DNA of 64,000 nt from Prevotella sp. (GTDB lineage: Bacteria > Bacteroidota > Bacteroidia > Bacteroidales > Muribaculaceae), in NCBI GenBank assembly GCA_023662865.1, contig JAMPIK010000009.1, positions 3,791 to 67,790 on the forward strand, written 5' to 3'. A program made the translations under genes and the position numbers. Below, piece after piece: positions 1-9,523 of this stretch. The notes under the pieces are model-generated. The model did no database searches. It was not told where the DNA came from and saw nothing but the letters and a program-made list of their open reading frames with translations. How positions within the stretch are numbered: position 1 is the stretch's first letter; each line of letters begins with the position of its first letter.

Positions 1-767
1 TATTGGAGGACGGGCAGACGGCTTGGTGCGTGGAGGGTGAATACATACAAACCGTCAAGGCCGCGAGCCTTGGCAGCTTCTGCGGCAGTTGCCACGGAGC
101 TTTCGGGCAGGCCGGCGAGGTCGGCTTTGTCATAAACCAGGATTGAGAAATCGTTGGTGGCTTTCAGCAGGTTCTTGTTGAACTGCATATAGAGCTTTGA
201 GAGTTCGGCGTTTACGCGAACAAGCTCTTTCTTCTGTTCGGGAGAGAGCGCGGCGCCTTGCTCGGCAAACTGACGATAGTATTTCTCGATGAGGCGTTTC
301 TGCACCGGGTTGAGTTTGGACTTTTTCAGGCCCTCTTTGAGAGTCTTGATGCGAGCGAACAGGGGTTCGGAGAGAGCCACTTCGTTTCCGGCCTCTTCAA
401 GCATGGGCATGATAGTTTCGGCGGCTTCGGAGAACTCCGGAGTCTTCATGGCAGAGTCGTAGTGATAGAACACGGCAGCTACTCTGTCAAGGGTGGGGGA
501 GAGGTTCTCCAAGGGCATGATAGTGTTCTCGAAAGTGGGAGCCTCGGGGTTTTCAATAATCTTTTTCAGATTTGCCTGTTGTTCGGCTATGCCGGCCTTG
601 ACAGCGGGCAGGAAGTCGGCAGTCTGAATTTGCTCGAACGGCGGGATTTCATACTGTGCCGTGTAGGGCTGCAGGAATGGGTTTTCTCTTGCTTGCATCG
701 GTTGCGAGTTTGATGCGCACACCATGGTCAGCGCCACGGCGGCAGCTGTTAAAAACTTGTGTTTCAT
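1..767 (-). CDS. dcp: M3 family metallopeptidase (peptidyl-dipeptidase Dcp), N-terminal part; runs off the window edge
   Basis: Not in ORF track. Manual translation from ATG 767: MKHKFLTAAAVALTMVCASNSQPMQARENPFLQPYTAQYEIPPFEQIQTADFLPA...YVFTLHAPSRLPVLQ, a signal peptide followed by the typical Dcp N-terminus. Confidence 0.85.
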   Translation of the reverse strand, partial: MKHKFLTAAAVALTMVCASNSQPMQARENPFLQPYTAQYEIPPFEQIQTADFLPAVKAGIAEQQANLKKIIENPEAPTFENTIMPLENLSPTLDRVAAVFYHYDSAMKTPEFSEAAETIMPMLEEAGNEVALSEPLFARIKTLKEGLKKSKLNPVQKRLIEKYYRQFAEQGAALSPEQKKELVRVNAELSKLYMQFNKNLLKATNDFSILVYDKADLAGLPESSVATAAEAAKARGLDGLYVFTLHAPSRLPVLQ

Positions 768-778
768 GGGCTAATCAG

Positions 779-1909
779 TTAATTATTTATAAGTTGTTTA
801 TTTTTTTTGATTGCGAAAGTTACGGAGACGGGGTAATGATCGGAACTTGGGGTGTGGCCGCGTGTTATCTCGCAGGCGCGCATCCCCTCATCGGGGCGGT
901 ACATTATTTGGTCTATGTGGAAGAAGAATCGGTTTGCGTTGAAAGTAATCATGGGGCCGTTGCCGGCAGTGCAGTAAGCATCTTTCAGCCCGGTGTCCAT
1001 TATTTGACGCCATGCGTAAGAGTTCGGCACATCGTTGAAGTCGCCACAGACAATGAGCGGGCCGGGGACGGACTTAATGAGCTCCGCTACATAATGAGCG
1101 GCTTGTGCACGTGCTATAAAGGCATCGCGCAGTTTGCGGTACAGAGAGCGGCTGTTTCGCTCATCGAACACTTTGCCGGGGTCATGTTTGAGGTCGGAGG
1201 CCAATGCTTTCTGGCTCTTGGAGAGTTCGTAAGAGGTGAGATGCAGGTTGAGGATTGAGATGTCGTGACCTTGAAAACTCATGGAGTACAGCTGATAATT
1301 AAAATACTGCAGTTCTTTGCGCGAGTCGGCCTTTTTCAATTTAACCGGATATTTGGAGTAAATACAAACCTCGGAGGGAGTGGAGGCTATTCGGTAGGGG
1401 TACATGGAATTGAGCGAGTCAATTTGTTCTTCGGTGATTTGAGAGCGAAACAATTTTGCATACTCGGCACCGTAAAATTCTTGAAAGCAGACTACATCGG
1501 CGTTGCTGTTGAGGACGTATGAGAGAGTTCGGGAATAGCCGGGCTGCACGCCGTCAATATCCTGACATCCGGCTACATTGTATGTCACTAATTTGAGCGG
1601 AATTTCATCAGCATCGGGTTCATGAGGGAAAGATATCGGACTTACATTGAGAAACGGCAATGCCGTGAGCAAAAGCACACCGCCACATATGGCCGCAGTA
1701 AGCTTTGATTTAGAGATTAACAGCCAAAGAAGCGCGACAATCAGCGACAAACACCACAGACATGGGAATATGAGGCAGAGCATAGACGGAACAGCCCATG
1801 TGGAGGGCTTTATATAGCCGGCCCAACCGCTGAGTACTGTCATTAGCAGCAAAAGGGCGGTTAATATGCGCGCAGCGGTTCCGATTATATGTCGTCCGGT
1901 GATTTTCAT
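779..1909 (-). CDS. Endonuclease/exonuclease/phosphatase (EEP) family membrane-anchored protein
   Basis: N-terminal TM helices; motifs TYNV, FQEF, GDFND, HIDQI, SDHYP. Confidence 0.9.
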   Translation of the reverse strand: MKITGRHIIGTAARILTALLLLMTVLSGWAGYIKPSTWAVPSMLCLIFPCLWCLSLIVALLWLLISKSKLTAAICGGVLLLTALPFLNVSPISFPHEPDADEIPLKLVTYNVAGCQDIDGVQPGYSRTLSYVLNSNADVVCFQEFYGAEYAKLFRSQITEEQIDSLNSMYPYRIASTPSEVCIYSKYPVKLKKADSRKELQYFNYQLYSMSFQGHDISILNLHLTSYELSKSQKALASDLKHDPGKVFDERNSRSLYRKLRDAFIARAQAAHYVAELIKSVPGPLIVCGDFNDVPNSYAWRQIMDTGLKDAYCTAGNGPMITFNANRFFFHIDQIMYRPDEGMRACEITRGHTPSSDHYPVSVTFAIKKNKQLINN

Positions 1910-2763
1910 TTGGAGACTCGTTTGCTTAATTCTTCCAATTCTGCACGCTCTGCTTTTGTAAGGGATTTGAAGCCTGAGAGATGTATCTTGTCAAGCAGAG
2001 CATCAAGCCGGCGAGCATCTGCCATTTCGAGTTCAGCAGCGTTGTGTGCGGCCGGTCGCTGCCTGATATCGGCGATTTGTGATTTGTCAATATTTTTGAA
2101 AGGATTCTTGCGATGTACGGAGTGCACCTTTGCCGGGCGATGTTTCATGTTTAAGCCGGCAATCACGCCGGTCAGCACGCCGCCCACATGAGCAATTCCG
2201 CCGGCAGCGTTGCCGCCACCCAAGCCGAGGAAAGCCAACAGTATCATTGCAACTGCCATCCATTTGAGCTTTACATCTCCCAAAAAGAACAGATGCAAAG
2301 TATAGTCGGGTATCAGCACGGCGGTAGCAGCCATTATAGCCATTACCGATGCGCTCGCCCCCAAAAGCAGAGGCATCGCACCATAGAAACCGGGGAGCAG
2401 CGGATACAGAAGCATATACAGCAGGCCGCCGCCAAGGCCGCCGCCGAGATACAGCCACATGAGAGTCTTGGTGCTCCCCACCTCCAAAAACATACGGCCG
2501 AACCATAGCAGCCACAGCATATTGAACAGGATATGGAAGAAGTTCTCATGCGTGAACATATATGTGATTATGGTCCACGGATAATGCACCCATACCTGCA
2601 CCGGGGCTGCAAGAGCCAAATTCAGTATCGGCGAAAAGGGGAGTGCGCCTCCGCTCTTTTCGATAATGGCGAATATCATCATCAACACGAACACCAGGCT
2701 GTTTGCACACACCAGGCGAGCAAGCACGCTGTAGCTCCTGAATATGTCAACTACGCCCGCCAT
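1906..2763 (-). CDS. Rhomboid intramembrane serine protease with soluble C-terminal tail
   Basis: YMFTH..FFHILFNMLWL, catalytic GASA, AHVGG; tail LDALLDKIHLSGFKSLT. Confidence 0.9.
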   Translation of the reverse strand: MAGVVDIFRSYSVLARLVCANSLVFVLMMIFAIIEKSGGALPFSPILNLALAAPVQVWVHYPWTIITYMFTHENFFHILFNMLWLLWFGRMFLEVGSTKTLMWLYLGGGLGGGLLYMLLYPLLPGFYGAMPLLLGASASVMAIMAATAVLIPDYTLHLFFLGDVKLKWMAVAMILLAFLGLGGGNAAGGIAHVGGVLTGVIAGLNMKHRPAKVHSVHRKNPFKNIDKSQIADIRQRPAAHNAAELEMADARRLDALLDKIHLSGFKSLTKAERAELEELSKRVSK

Positions 2764-3517
2764 GCAGAGTTCCTTTCTTGTTCCAATACAAAATTATGGG
2801 CAGAGCGAAGAGCATACCGCCGAGATGCGCATAGTGAGCCACGGAGCTGAGAGTGCCGGACATACCGAAGAAGAGTTCCAATACCGCATAACCGGCCACA
2901 AGGAATTTGGCTTTGATGGGAACCGGAATGAAGAACAGATACATCGGCACATTCGGGAAAGTGCAACCAAATCCGAGCAACAGACCGAACACCGCTCCGG
3001 AGGCGCCGATTGTGAGGAACCGGCTTGAAAATGCTTTCATGGCGGCTGCCGCCTCAACGGGGCTTGCGTCAATCATAGCCTGCATTTCCCCGGTTGTGAT
3101 GCCGTTCCGGCGCGCGAGTATATGCAGATAGTCGGAAGGAATCTCAATCAACCACACGATTTCTTGCACCAACGCCGCACCTATTCCGCATGCCATATAG
3201 AAAAACAAAAAACGCTTTGCTCCCCATGTCATCTCCAATATTCTGCCGAACATATACAAGGCAAACATATTGAAGAAGATATGTCCGAGTCCGGCACCGG
3301 AACCCATAGGCGCTTGCAGGAACATATATGTTATAGGTTGTATCGGATTAAAGACCGATGCACCCCAATAGTGCAGCCCCAAAGTGTTGTAAATGGTCTG
3401 GCCGAAACTCGGCATAAAGCTGCAAATCAGCCAGAGAGCTATGTTTATTATCAGCAAGTTGAGAGTCACCGGGGGTATGTTGCTCAAGAAGCCTCCGCTT
3501 TGTCTTGTCTCAAACAT
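2747..3517 (-). CDS. Rhomboid intramembrane serine protease
   Basis: HIFFNMFAL, GASGAVFG, AHLGG. Confidence 0.92.
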   Translation of the reverse strand: MFETRQSGGFLSNIPPVTLNLLIINIALWLICSFMPSFGQTIYNTLGLHYWGASVFNPIQPITYMFLQAPMGSGAGLGHIFFNMFALYMFGRILEMTWGAKRFLFFYMACGIGAALVQEIVWLIEIPSDYLHILARRNGITTGEMQAMIDASPVEAAAAMKAFSSRFLTIGASGAVFGLLLGFGCTFPNVPMYLFFIPVPIKAKFLVAGYAVLELFFGMSGTLSSVAHYAHLGGMLFALPIILYWNKKGTLHGGRS

Positions 3518-3524
3518 ATAAAAA

Positions 3525-4616
3525 TCAATTAATTAGGGAAGGTAACTCTTTCATATCGGTGGCGGATTGGATGAGATCACCTTCTTTGTTGAATATAAAG
3601 TAGACGGGTAATGTCTTGGCGTTGAAAATGTTGTAAGCAATAGCCGCTTTGCCTTGCAGACCCTCGGTGTCGAGCACGGCAGTCCACGGCAGATTTAAGG
3701 CGGCACGTTTCCATGCGAAACGGTCAGCGTCCAGACACACCTCGTAGATGTCAACAAGGCCGGTGTCATAAAGTTTACGCAATTCAATATTGGCGGCACT
3801 CGTTTCAGGCATTGTCAAAGCACCGAACACCAACACAGTGGGCTTCCCTTTGCCGGCAACACTTGACAAAGACACCTCCTCGCCGTTGATATCCGGGAGC
3901 GTAATATCAATAATGCCGGACAAGGTGGCCTCCATTTGAGTCTGCTTCCCTTTTCGGCGGCGGTCTTCGCCCACACCCCACCGCGCGTTCTCCGCCAACA
4001 AGGGTGTGTGCGGGTCGTTCGGTTTGTAGGTTTGGAAAGATGTGGCTACTGCACGGTAAATCGGGTCGGTATATTCTATAAAAAAGCCGTTGCCCATTTG
4101 GCGGGTGAGTACATAATATGAGAAGATGTTTCCTTTTGCCTCTTTGAGCCAACGGTTGAAGACTCTGCGCTTGAACGCTTCCGTTGAGTCCGGATTGTTG
4201 TACTTTTCGATTTTCAGGAATTCCGTTTCAAAGGCAGTCATGGCTTCGGCCTGAGGGGAACCGGCAAGTTTGAAGCCGTGGGAAATGTCAGCAGCCGGGG
4301 CTGTGAGGGTGAATGTCTCCGTGCTGTCTACAGGCAGATAGACGTACTTATCGTTCACACCGATACGAAATAAGTCGGGCACATCCGGGGCGGCAAAATT
4401 TATGTTGAACTTACCGGCGTCATCGGCCGGAACGGCCTTGACTTCAATCCATGAACCGTCTTCCGAAAGACGTTCAAGTCTTACGGAGTCCGGTGCTTCG
4501 CCGGTCAATTTGCCTTCAACTGAGAAAGAGCGTTCTTTGTTGCAAGATGCGGCAACCACCCCAACTAAGGCAATCAGCACAGTCGCAACCAATATTTTAT
4601 GTAATTCCATATTCAA
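3525..4616 (-). CDS. Lipoprotein, DUF4369-like N-domain plus thioredoxin-like (TlpA/AhpC-TSA) domain lacking CXXC
   Basis: Lipobox VAASC; ITLPDINGEEVSLSSVAGKGKPTVLVF; LPVYFIFNKEG. Confidence 0.75.
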   Translation of the reverse strand: MNMELHKILVATVLIALVGVVAASCNKERSFSVEGKLTGEAPDSVRLERLSEDGSWIEVKAVPADDAGKFNINFAAPDVPDLFRIGVNDKYVYLPVDSTETFTLTAPAADISHGFKLAGSPQAEAMTAFETEFLKIEKYNNPDSTEAFKRRVFNRWLKEAKGNIFSYYVLTRQMGNGFFIEYTDPIYRAVATSFQTYKPNDPHTPLLAENARWGVGEDRRRKGKQTQMEATLSGIIDITLPDINGEEVSLSSVAGKGKPTVLVFGALTMPETSAANIELRKLYDTGLVDIYEVCLDADRFAWKRAALNLPWTAVLDTEGLQGKAAIAYNIFNAKTLPVYFIFNKEGDLIQSATDMKELPSLIN

Positions 4617-4626
4617 ATTTTAGCCA

Positions 4627-4658
4627 CAAAAATACGAAATATTCCCCAAACTCGCAAA
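4627..4658 (-). promoter_or_regulatory. Bacteroidetes sigma-A promoter for the lipoprotein-rhomboid operon
   Basis: Minus strand TTTG (4655-4658), 20-nt spacer, TATTTTTG (4627-4634). Confidence 0.75.
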
Positions 4659-4865
4659 TACAAAAGACACCCCTGAATGTCGGCTTACATTCGGAGCTGT
4701 TGTTCAGTGGAAGGTTACTCAAAAAATCTGCTACATCCAAATAATTTTCTTATGTTATAAAACATATTTTTTTGTTAATTAAACTGAAACTTCCGTTGCG
4801 GAGTCAACTTATGCAGTGTACTCCGCGTTTTATTACCGAATTTAAGAAATAAAATTATTAATACT

Positions 4866-5165
4866 ATGGATTGCAACAAAGAAAAACGTTCATATCACTT
4901 CAATGTGACCGAAGTGGTAGAAGGAAAAATTCAAGATGTGATGAGCTTTAATCTTGGCGGACACCATGATTTGGCGGCTCTTGCCGTAATGGCTCAGCAA
5001 AAGGAAGGGCTAAGTGAGAAACACGCTCGTCAGCTTGTCGTGGGATTGCGCCTGCTGCACCACGCTCTCAAAAAGTATCCCGACAATGCTGTCTTCGCCG
5101 GGTTCCTGAAACAGCTTAATGACTTCAAACACAGTCTTAAAGGCTGTGGCTGCGAAGGCAAATAA
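4866..5165 (+). CDS. DUF3861-like small protein
   Basis: SFNLGGHHDL, VGLRLL, FAGFLKQLNDFKHSLK resemble the DUF3861 pattern as recalled. Confidence 0.6.
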   Translation: MDCNKEKRSYHFNVTEVVEGKIQDVMSFNLGGHHDLAALAVMAQQKEGLSEKHARQLVVGLRLLHHALKKYPDNAVFAGFLKQLNDFKHSLKGCGCEGK

Positions 5166-5197
5166 ACAGGCCGCAGGTTTCCCATAACTCAAACCGG

Positions 5198-5233
5198 CCG
5201 CTGTGTGCTTTTAATCGGCACACAGCGGTTTTT
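5198..5233 (+). terminator. Intrinsic terminator after DUF3861
   Basis: CCGCTGTGTGC / GCACACAGCGG 11-bp stem followed by TTTTT. Confidence 0.85.
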
Positions 5234-5273
5234 AGTTAAAATATATTAAAAGTGTGATTTTGACACAAAACAA

Positions 5274-5305
5274 TTTGTGTACTTCTGACATTTATTGTAA
5301 TTTTG
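5274..5305 (+). promoter_or_regulatory. Sigma-A promoter for the vWA gene
   Basis: TTTG (5274-5277), 20 nt, TAATTTTG (5298-5305). Confidence 0.8.
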
Positions 5306-5357
5306 CACTGTCAATCTATTGGACAGACTCTAAATACATCTTTTAACTGAAAAAATT

Positions 5358-6080
5358 ATGGACGCAAAAACAGCAACTGCCAACACTGCCAACACTGCCA
5401 ACACTGTCACAACAATGTTTAATCTCATCATTCTTGATGAGTCCGGCTCCATGAGCTGCGTACGCAATCAAACCCTTTCCGGCTGCAATGAGTTAATCAA
5501 CACCATCAAGAGCACTCAAGAGGTCAACAAAGAAAAAATCCGAAGTCTGGTGTCGATATATGCTTTCCAAAGTTCCGGGTCAGCACCGTCACGTTATATT
5601 GTGAAAAATGCCAAGCCGGAGGATGTACAACACCTCACTGAAAGAGACTACACCCCATGGGGAGGCACACCTCTGCTTGATGCCGTGGGTTCAACTCTGA
5701 GTGAACTTAAAGCGGTGGCTGAAACGCACGACGATTGCACCGGAACGATTACTGTAATGACAGATGGATATGAGAATGCCTCATGTATGTACACTTGGCA
5801 AAAGGTGGCGAAACTCATTTCTTGGTTCAAAGAATTGGGCTGGACTGTCAACCTTGTAGGCGCCAATGTCGATGTTATGGCAATGGCAAAACAAATGAAT
5901 ATTGACTCTGCCAATGCAATGGCCTATAACCAAACTGACGAGGGAGTCGGCAATATGTGGCACGACTACAATATGGCTACCCAAAGAGCCATACAAGAAG
6001 AAGTGGAATGTTGCTGTATGCCTCAAGAGGAAAGAGTGGAGGCGCGCAAGCTGCGCTCGTCAAGATTCTGGAAGAAGTGA
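5358..6080 (+). CDS. Stand-alone von Willebrand factor A (vWA) domain protein
   Basis: MIDAS motif LIILDESGSMS, GGTPLLDAVG, VMTDGYENAS. Confidence 0.9.
   Translation: MDAKTATANTANTANTVTTMFNLIILDESGSMSCVRNQTLSGCNELINTIKSTQEVNKEKIRSLVSIYAFQSSGSAPSRYIVKNAKPEDVQHLTERDYTPWGGTPLLDAVGSTLSELKAVAETHDDCTGTITVMTDGYENASCMYTWQKVAKLISWFKELGWTVNLVGANVDVMAMAKQMNIDSANAMAYNQTDEGVGNMWHDYNMATQRAIQEEVECCCMPQEERVEARKLRSSRFWKK
5376..5406 (+). repeat. 9-bp tandem repeat (ACTGCCAAC) x3.4, in frame, encoding TAN-TAN-TAN-T
   Basis: Read directly from sequence. Confidence 0.9.
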
Positions 6081-6105
6081 CAACTTACCGAACTGCCTTA
6101 AAACG

Positions 6106-6144
6106 AGAAGTCTCGTAGAGTCGACAATACTCTGCGAGACTTCT
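6106..6144. terminator. Long hairpin between convergent vWA and pnp, likely bidirectional terminator
   Basis: AGAAGTCTCGTAGAGT / ACTCTGCGAGACTTCT 16-bp stem (one GU pair), 7-nt loop. Confidence 0.75.
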
Positions 6145-6170
6145 AATTAATATGTCATGCAAGTTCTTAA

Positions 6171-8465
6171 TCAGTGTCTGGGGCTTCGGCCTTCGCCTCG
6201 GTCGTTGCCATCGCGGCGCGGGCTGCGCGGACGGTCTCCGTCACGACGCGGACGGTCGTTTCTGCCTTCTCCGCGGCCTTCGCCTCTGGGTGCGCGCGGA
6301 CGGCGTTCCGGCTCTACCCAGCCTTCCGGCTTGGGCTGCAAAGCACGCATACTCAAGCGATACTTGCCGGTTTTGGGGTCAATCTCAAGGAGCTTGACTG
6401 TGAGTTCATCACCTTCCTTTATACCACTTGCTTCCATGTCTGGCAGACGATCCCATGATATTTCAGAGATGTGAAGCAAGCCGTCCTTGCCGGGCATGAA
6501 TTCAACGAATGCACCGAAGTCGAGGATTGAGCGCACCTTGCCGGTGTAAGTCTCACCAACCTCCGGCATGGCAACGATGGCTTTGATGCGAGCGTATGCA
6601 GCGTCAAGGCTTTCTTTGTTGGCAGATGCGATTTCCACCATACCTACGCCGCGTTCCAAGTCTTCGTCGATTGATACGGTTGCACCGGTTTCTTCCTGAA
6701 TGCCCTGAATGATTTTGCCGCCGGGGCCGATAACGGCACCGATAAGGTCTTTGGGTATCTCAAAGGAGATAAGGCGCGGCACATTGGGTTTGTAGTCTGC
6801 ACGCGGTTCGGGCATTGCCTCGTTGATAAGGCCGAGAATGTGCATACGTCCCTGACGTGCCTGTTCAAGAGCGGTAGCGAGAATTTCATAGCTCAAACCG
6901 TCGCACTTGATATCCATTTGAGTGGCAGTGATACCGTCTTTTGTACCGGTCACCTTGAAGTCCATGTCGCCGAGGTGGTCTTCGTCACCGAGAATGTCGG
7001 TGAGCACTGCGTACTTTTGACCATCAGAGATAAGACCCATAGCCACACCGGCTACGGGGCGTTTCATCTTCACGCCGGCATCAAGCAGGGCAAGTGTGCC
7101 GCCGCATACTGTTGCCATTGAAGAAGAACCGTTACTTTCCAGAATGTCGGAGACGATACGACAGGTGTAGGGGAAACCGTCGGGGAACATACGCTTGAGT
7201 GCACGATGAGCGAGATTGCCGTGACCGATTTCACGACGGCCTACACCGCGTTGCGGACGTGCTTCACCGGTAGAGAAGGGGGGGAAGTTGTAGTGCAACA
7301 AGAAGCGTTCTTTGCTCTTGTTGAGTACATCGTCCACGATTTTCTCATCAAGGGTGGTGCCGAGAGTGGCTGTAACCAAAGCTTGTGTCTCACCGCGAGT
7401 GAAGACAGCGGAACCGTGAGGGCCGGGCAGGTAGTCCGTTTCAATCCAAATGGGGCGCACGGTGGTGGTGTTGCGGCCGTCAAGGCGAATACCTTCATCA
7501 AGCACACAACGGCGCATTGCCTCTTTCTCCACATCGTGGTAATAGCGTTTTACCATTGCGATGCGCTGATCTTCAGTATAGTTGGCGAGTTGCTCTTCGG
7601 TCATTTCCGGCAGAGACTCTATATATTCTTCGCAGATAGCTTTGAAGGAGTCGGCTCTCCAATGCTTGTCGGGGTTGCCGGCTTTGGCTATGGCGTAAGC
7701 CTTGTCGTAGCATTTTTCGCGGACATCGGCGCGGAGAGCTTCATCGTTCACTTCGTGGCAATATTCACGTTTTGCCTCGTGGCCGCTCTCTTTCATGAGT
7801 TCCATTTGAGCCACGCAGTGCTTTTTGATTTCTTCGTGAGCTACGCGCAGAGCTTCAAGTAATTCAGCCTCGCTCACTTCGTTCATTTCGCCTTCCACCA
7901 TCATGATATTATCGTAAGTGGCGCCGACCATCAGCTCGATGTCTGCTTTCTCCATTTGTGCGAAAGTGGGGTTGATTACCCATTTGCCGTCTACACGCGC
8001 CACGCGTACTTCGGAGATGGGACCGTTGAACGGGATGTCGGAGCAAGCCAAGGCAGCAGAGGCGGCTATACCGGCGAGAGCGTCCGGGGCATCTTGCTCA
8101 GAAGCGGAGTACATTGTTACATTAACAAATGTCTCGGCATGGTAATTGTCCGGGAAAAGGGGGCGAAGTACGCGGTCTACAAGGCGTGAAGTAAGGATTT
8201 CATAGTCTGAGGCGCGACCTTCGCGTTTAAGGAAGCCGCCGGGGTAGCGGCCTATTGATGAGTATTTTTCTTTGTATTCTACAGTAAGGGGCATAAAATC
8301 AACGCCCTCGCCGGCTTCTTTAGCCGAGCAAACAGTGGCCAACAGCATAGTGTCGCCCATACGAACTTCCACCGCACCGTCAGCCTGCTTGGCGAGCTTT
8401 CCGGTCTCAATGGTGATTTGGCGACCGTCTGCCAAATCAATCGTTTTCTTAAACGTCTTAAGCAT
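6171..8465 (-). CDS. pnp: Polyribonucleotide nucleotidyltransferase (PNPase)
   Basis: Two RNase PH domains ([19 protein letters not shown]), KH and S1; start moved to ATG 8465 (MLKTFKK) because the promoter covers the longer start. Confidence 0.98.
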   Translation of the reverse strand: MLKTFKKTIDLADGRQITIETGKLAKQADGAVEVRMGDTMLLATVCSAKEAGEGVDFMPLTVEYKEKYSSIGRYPGGFLKREGRASDYEILTSRLVDRVLRPLFPDNYHAETFVNVTMYSASEQDAPDALAGIAASAALACSDIPFNGPISEVRVARVDGKWVINPTFAQMEKADIELMVGATYDNIMMVEGEMNEVSEAELLEALRVAHEEIKKHCVAQMELMKESGHEAKREYCHEVNDEALRADVREKCYDKAYAIAKAGNPDKHWRADSFKAICEEYIESLPEMTEEQLANYTEDQRIAMVKRYYHDVEKEAMRRCVLDEGIRLDGRNTTTVRPIWIETDYLPGPHGSAVFTRGETQALVTATLGTTLDEKIVDDVLNKSKERFLLHYNFPPFSTGEARPQRGVGRREIGHGNLAHRALKRMFPDGFPYTCRIVSDILESNGSSSMATVCGGTLALLDAGVKMKRPVAGVAMGLISDGQKYAVLTDILGDEDHLGDMDFKVTGTKDGITATQMDIKCDGLSYEILATALEQARQGRMHILGLINEAMPEPRADYKPNVPRLISFEIPKDLIGAVIGPGGKIIQGIQEETGATVSIDEDLERGVGMVEIASANKESLDAAYARIKAIVAMPEVGETYTGKVRSILDFGAFVEFMPGKDGLLHISEISWDRLPDMEASGIKEGDELTVKLLEIDPKTGKYRLSMRALQPKPEGWVEPERRPRAPRGEGRGEGRNDRPRRDGDRPRSPRRDGNDRGEGRSPRH

Positions 8466-8502
8466 AAAATTGTATCTATTTTCTTGTCTTTCAAAAATCA
8501 TG

Positions 8503-8534
8503 CAAAGTTAGCACATTTTTTTGAAATAAACAAA
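8503..8534 (-). promoter_or_regulatory. pnp sigma-A promoter
   Basis: Minus strand TTTG (8531-8534), 20 nt, TAACTTTG (8503-8510). Confidence 0.85.
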
Positions 8535-8698
8535 TCTGGAATTTCCGGTCGGTTTCAAAAAAAGTTCATTTTCATCGGATGTTAATATTTTTTAAAAAAA
8601 GTTGGGGATTATGAAAACTTATTGCATCGTTTCGGTGTTATGTAAATAAAACTCTATAATTGTAAATTTTTGTTAAACGTCAAACACAAAATTGTACT

Positions 8699-9511
8699 AT
8701 GAATCTGAAAAACATTCTGAAATTGCGCAATTTGTTCTGCATGGCAGCTTTGTTGTGTGCCGGCTCCATGATGGCTCAAACTGCGCCCGCTCGAAAAGAT
8801 CATTCCACAAAGCCTAATCTATATTTCCTTAATGAGGGAGATGTGGCAAATTCCCTATATCTGCTTCCTCCTCCCCCGGAGGGTGGTTCAATCCTGTTCC
8901 TCTATGACAAGGAACGTTATGATTGGGGCAAGCTGCAGCGTAACACTCCGCGCGGCGATCAGGCTTTCAGCGATGCCAATGTAGAAGGCGACGGTGTGCC
9001 GGCGGCTTTTTCAGAAGCTTTCGGTATAGAAATCAATGAACAGAACACTCCCGAAATCCTCAAGCTGGTAATCGGTATGCGTGAAGATGCCGGTGACCTT
9101 GCCACTCGCGAAGCAAAGAACCACTATATGCGTACTCGCCCCTTTGCTTTCTTCGAGGAAGAAACTTGCAATCCGGCACAGCAGGCCGAGCTTTCCACAA
9201 ACGGCTCATACCCCTCAGGACACACTTCAATCGGCTGGGCAACAGCTCTTGTACTTGCCGAGTTGAACCCCAATCGCCAGAATGAAATCCTCAAACGCGG
9301 TTATGACATGGGCGAAAGCCGTGTGATATGCGGTTACCATTTCCAGAGTGATGTAGATGCCGCTCGCCTCGTAGCCTCCGGTGTTGTAGCTCGTTTGCAC
9401 GCCGACCCCGGTTTCCAGAAGCAACTTGAAAAGGCTCGCAAAGAAATGGCCGACCTGCAAAAGCAAGGTAAAGTAAAAAAGAGTACTCTCGACCTCTCTA
9501 ACTATAAGTAA
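8699..9511 (+). CDS. Class A non-specific acid phosphatase (PAP2, PhoC/PhoN-like), secreted
   Basis: Signal peptide; KNHYMRTRP, YPSGHT, SRVICGYHFQSD catalytic motifs. Confidence 0.93.
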   Translation: MNLKNILKLRNLFCMAALLCAGSMMAQTAPARKDHSTKPNLYFLNEGDVANSLYLLPPPPEGGSILFLYDKERYDWGKLQRNTPRGDQAFSDANVEGDGVPAAFSEAFGIEINEQNTPEILKLVIGMREDAGDLATREAKNHYMRTRPFAFFEEETCNPAQQAELSTNGSYPSGHTSIGWATALVLAELNPNRQNEILKRGYDMGESRVICGYHFQSDVDAARLVASGVVARLHADPGFQKQLEKARKEMADLQKQGKVKKSTLDLSNYK

Positions 9512-9523
9512 ATCAGCAGAACC

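Noticed and set aside
8466-8501. Longer upstream starts offered by the ORF track (pnp 8501; also pepP 19428, hpf 22729, cls 29789, nusB 38033, DUF5606 41316, rpsL 42691, rpmC 53631)
   Set aside because: They overlap promoters, terminators or the previous gene, or add non-homologous N-termini; downstream ATGs match the known N-termini.
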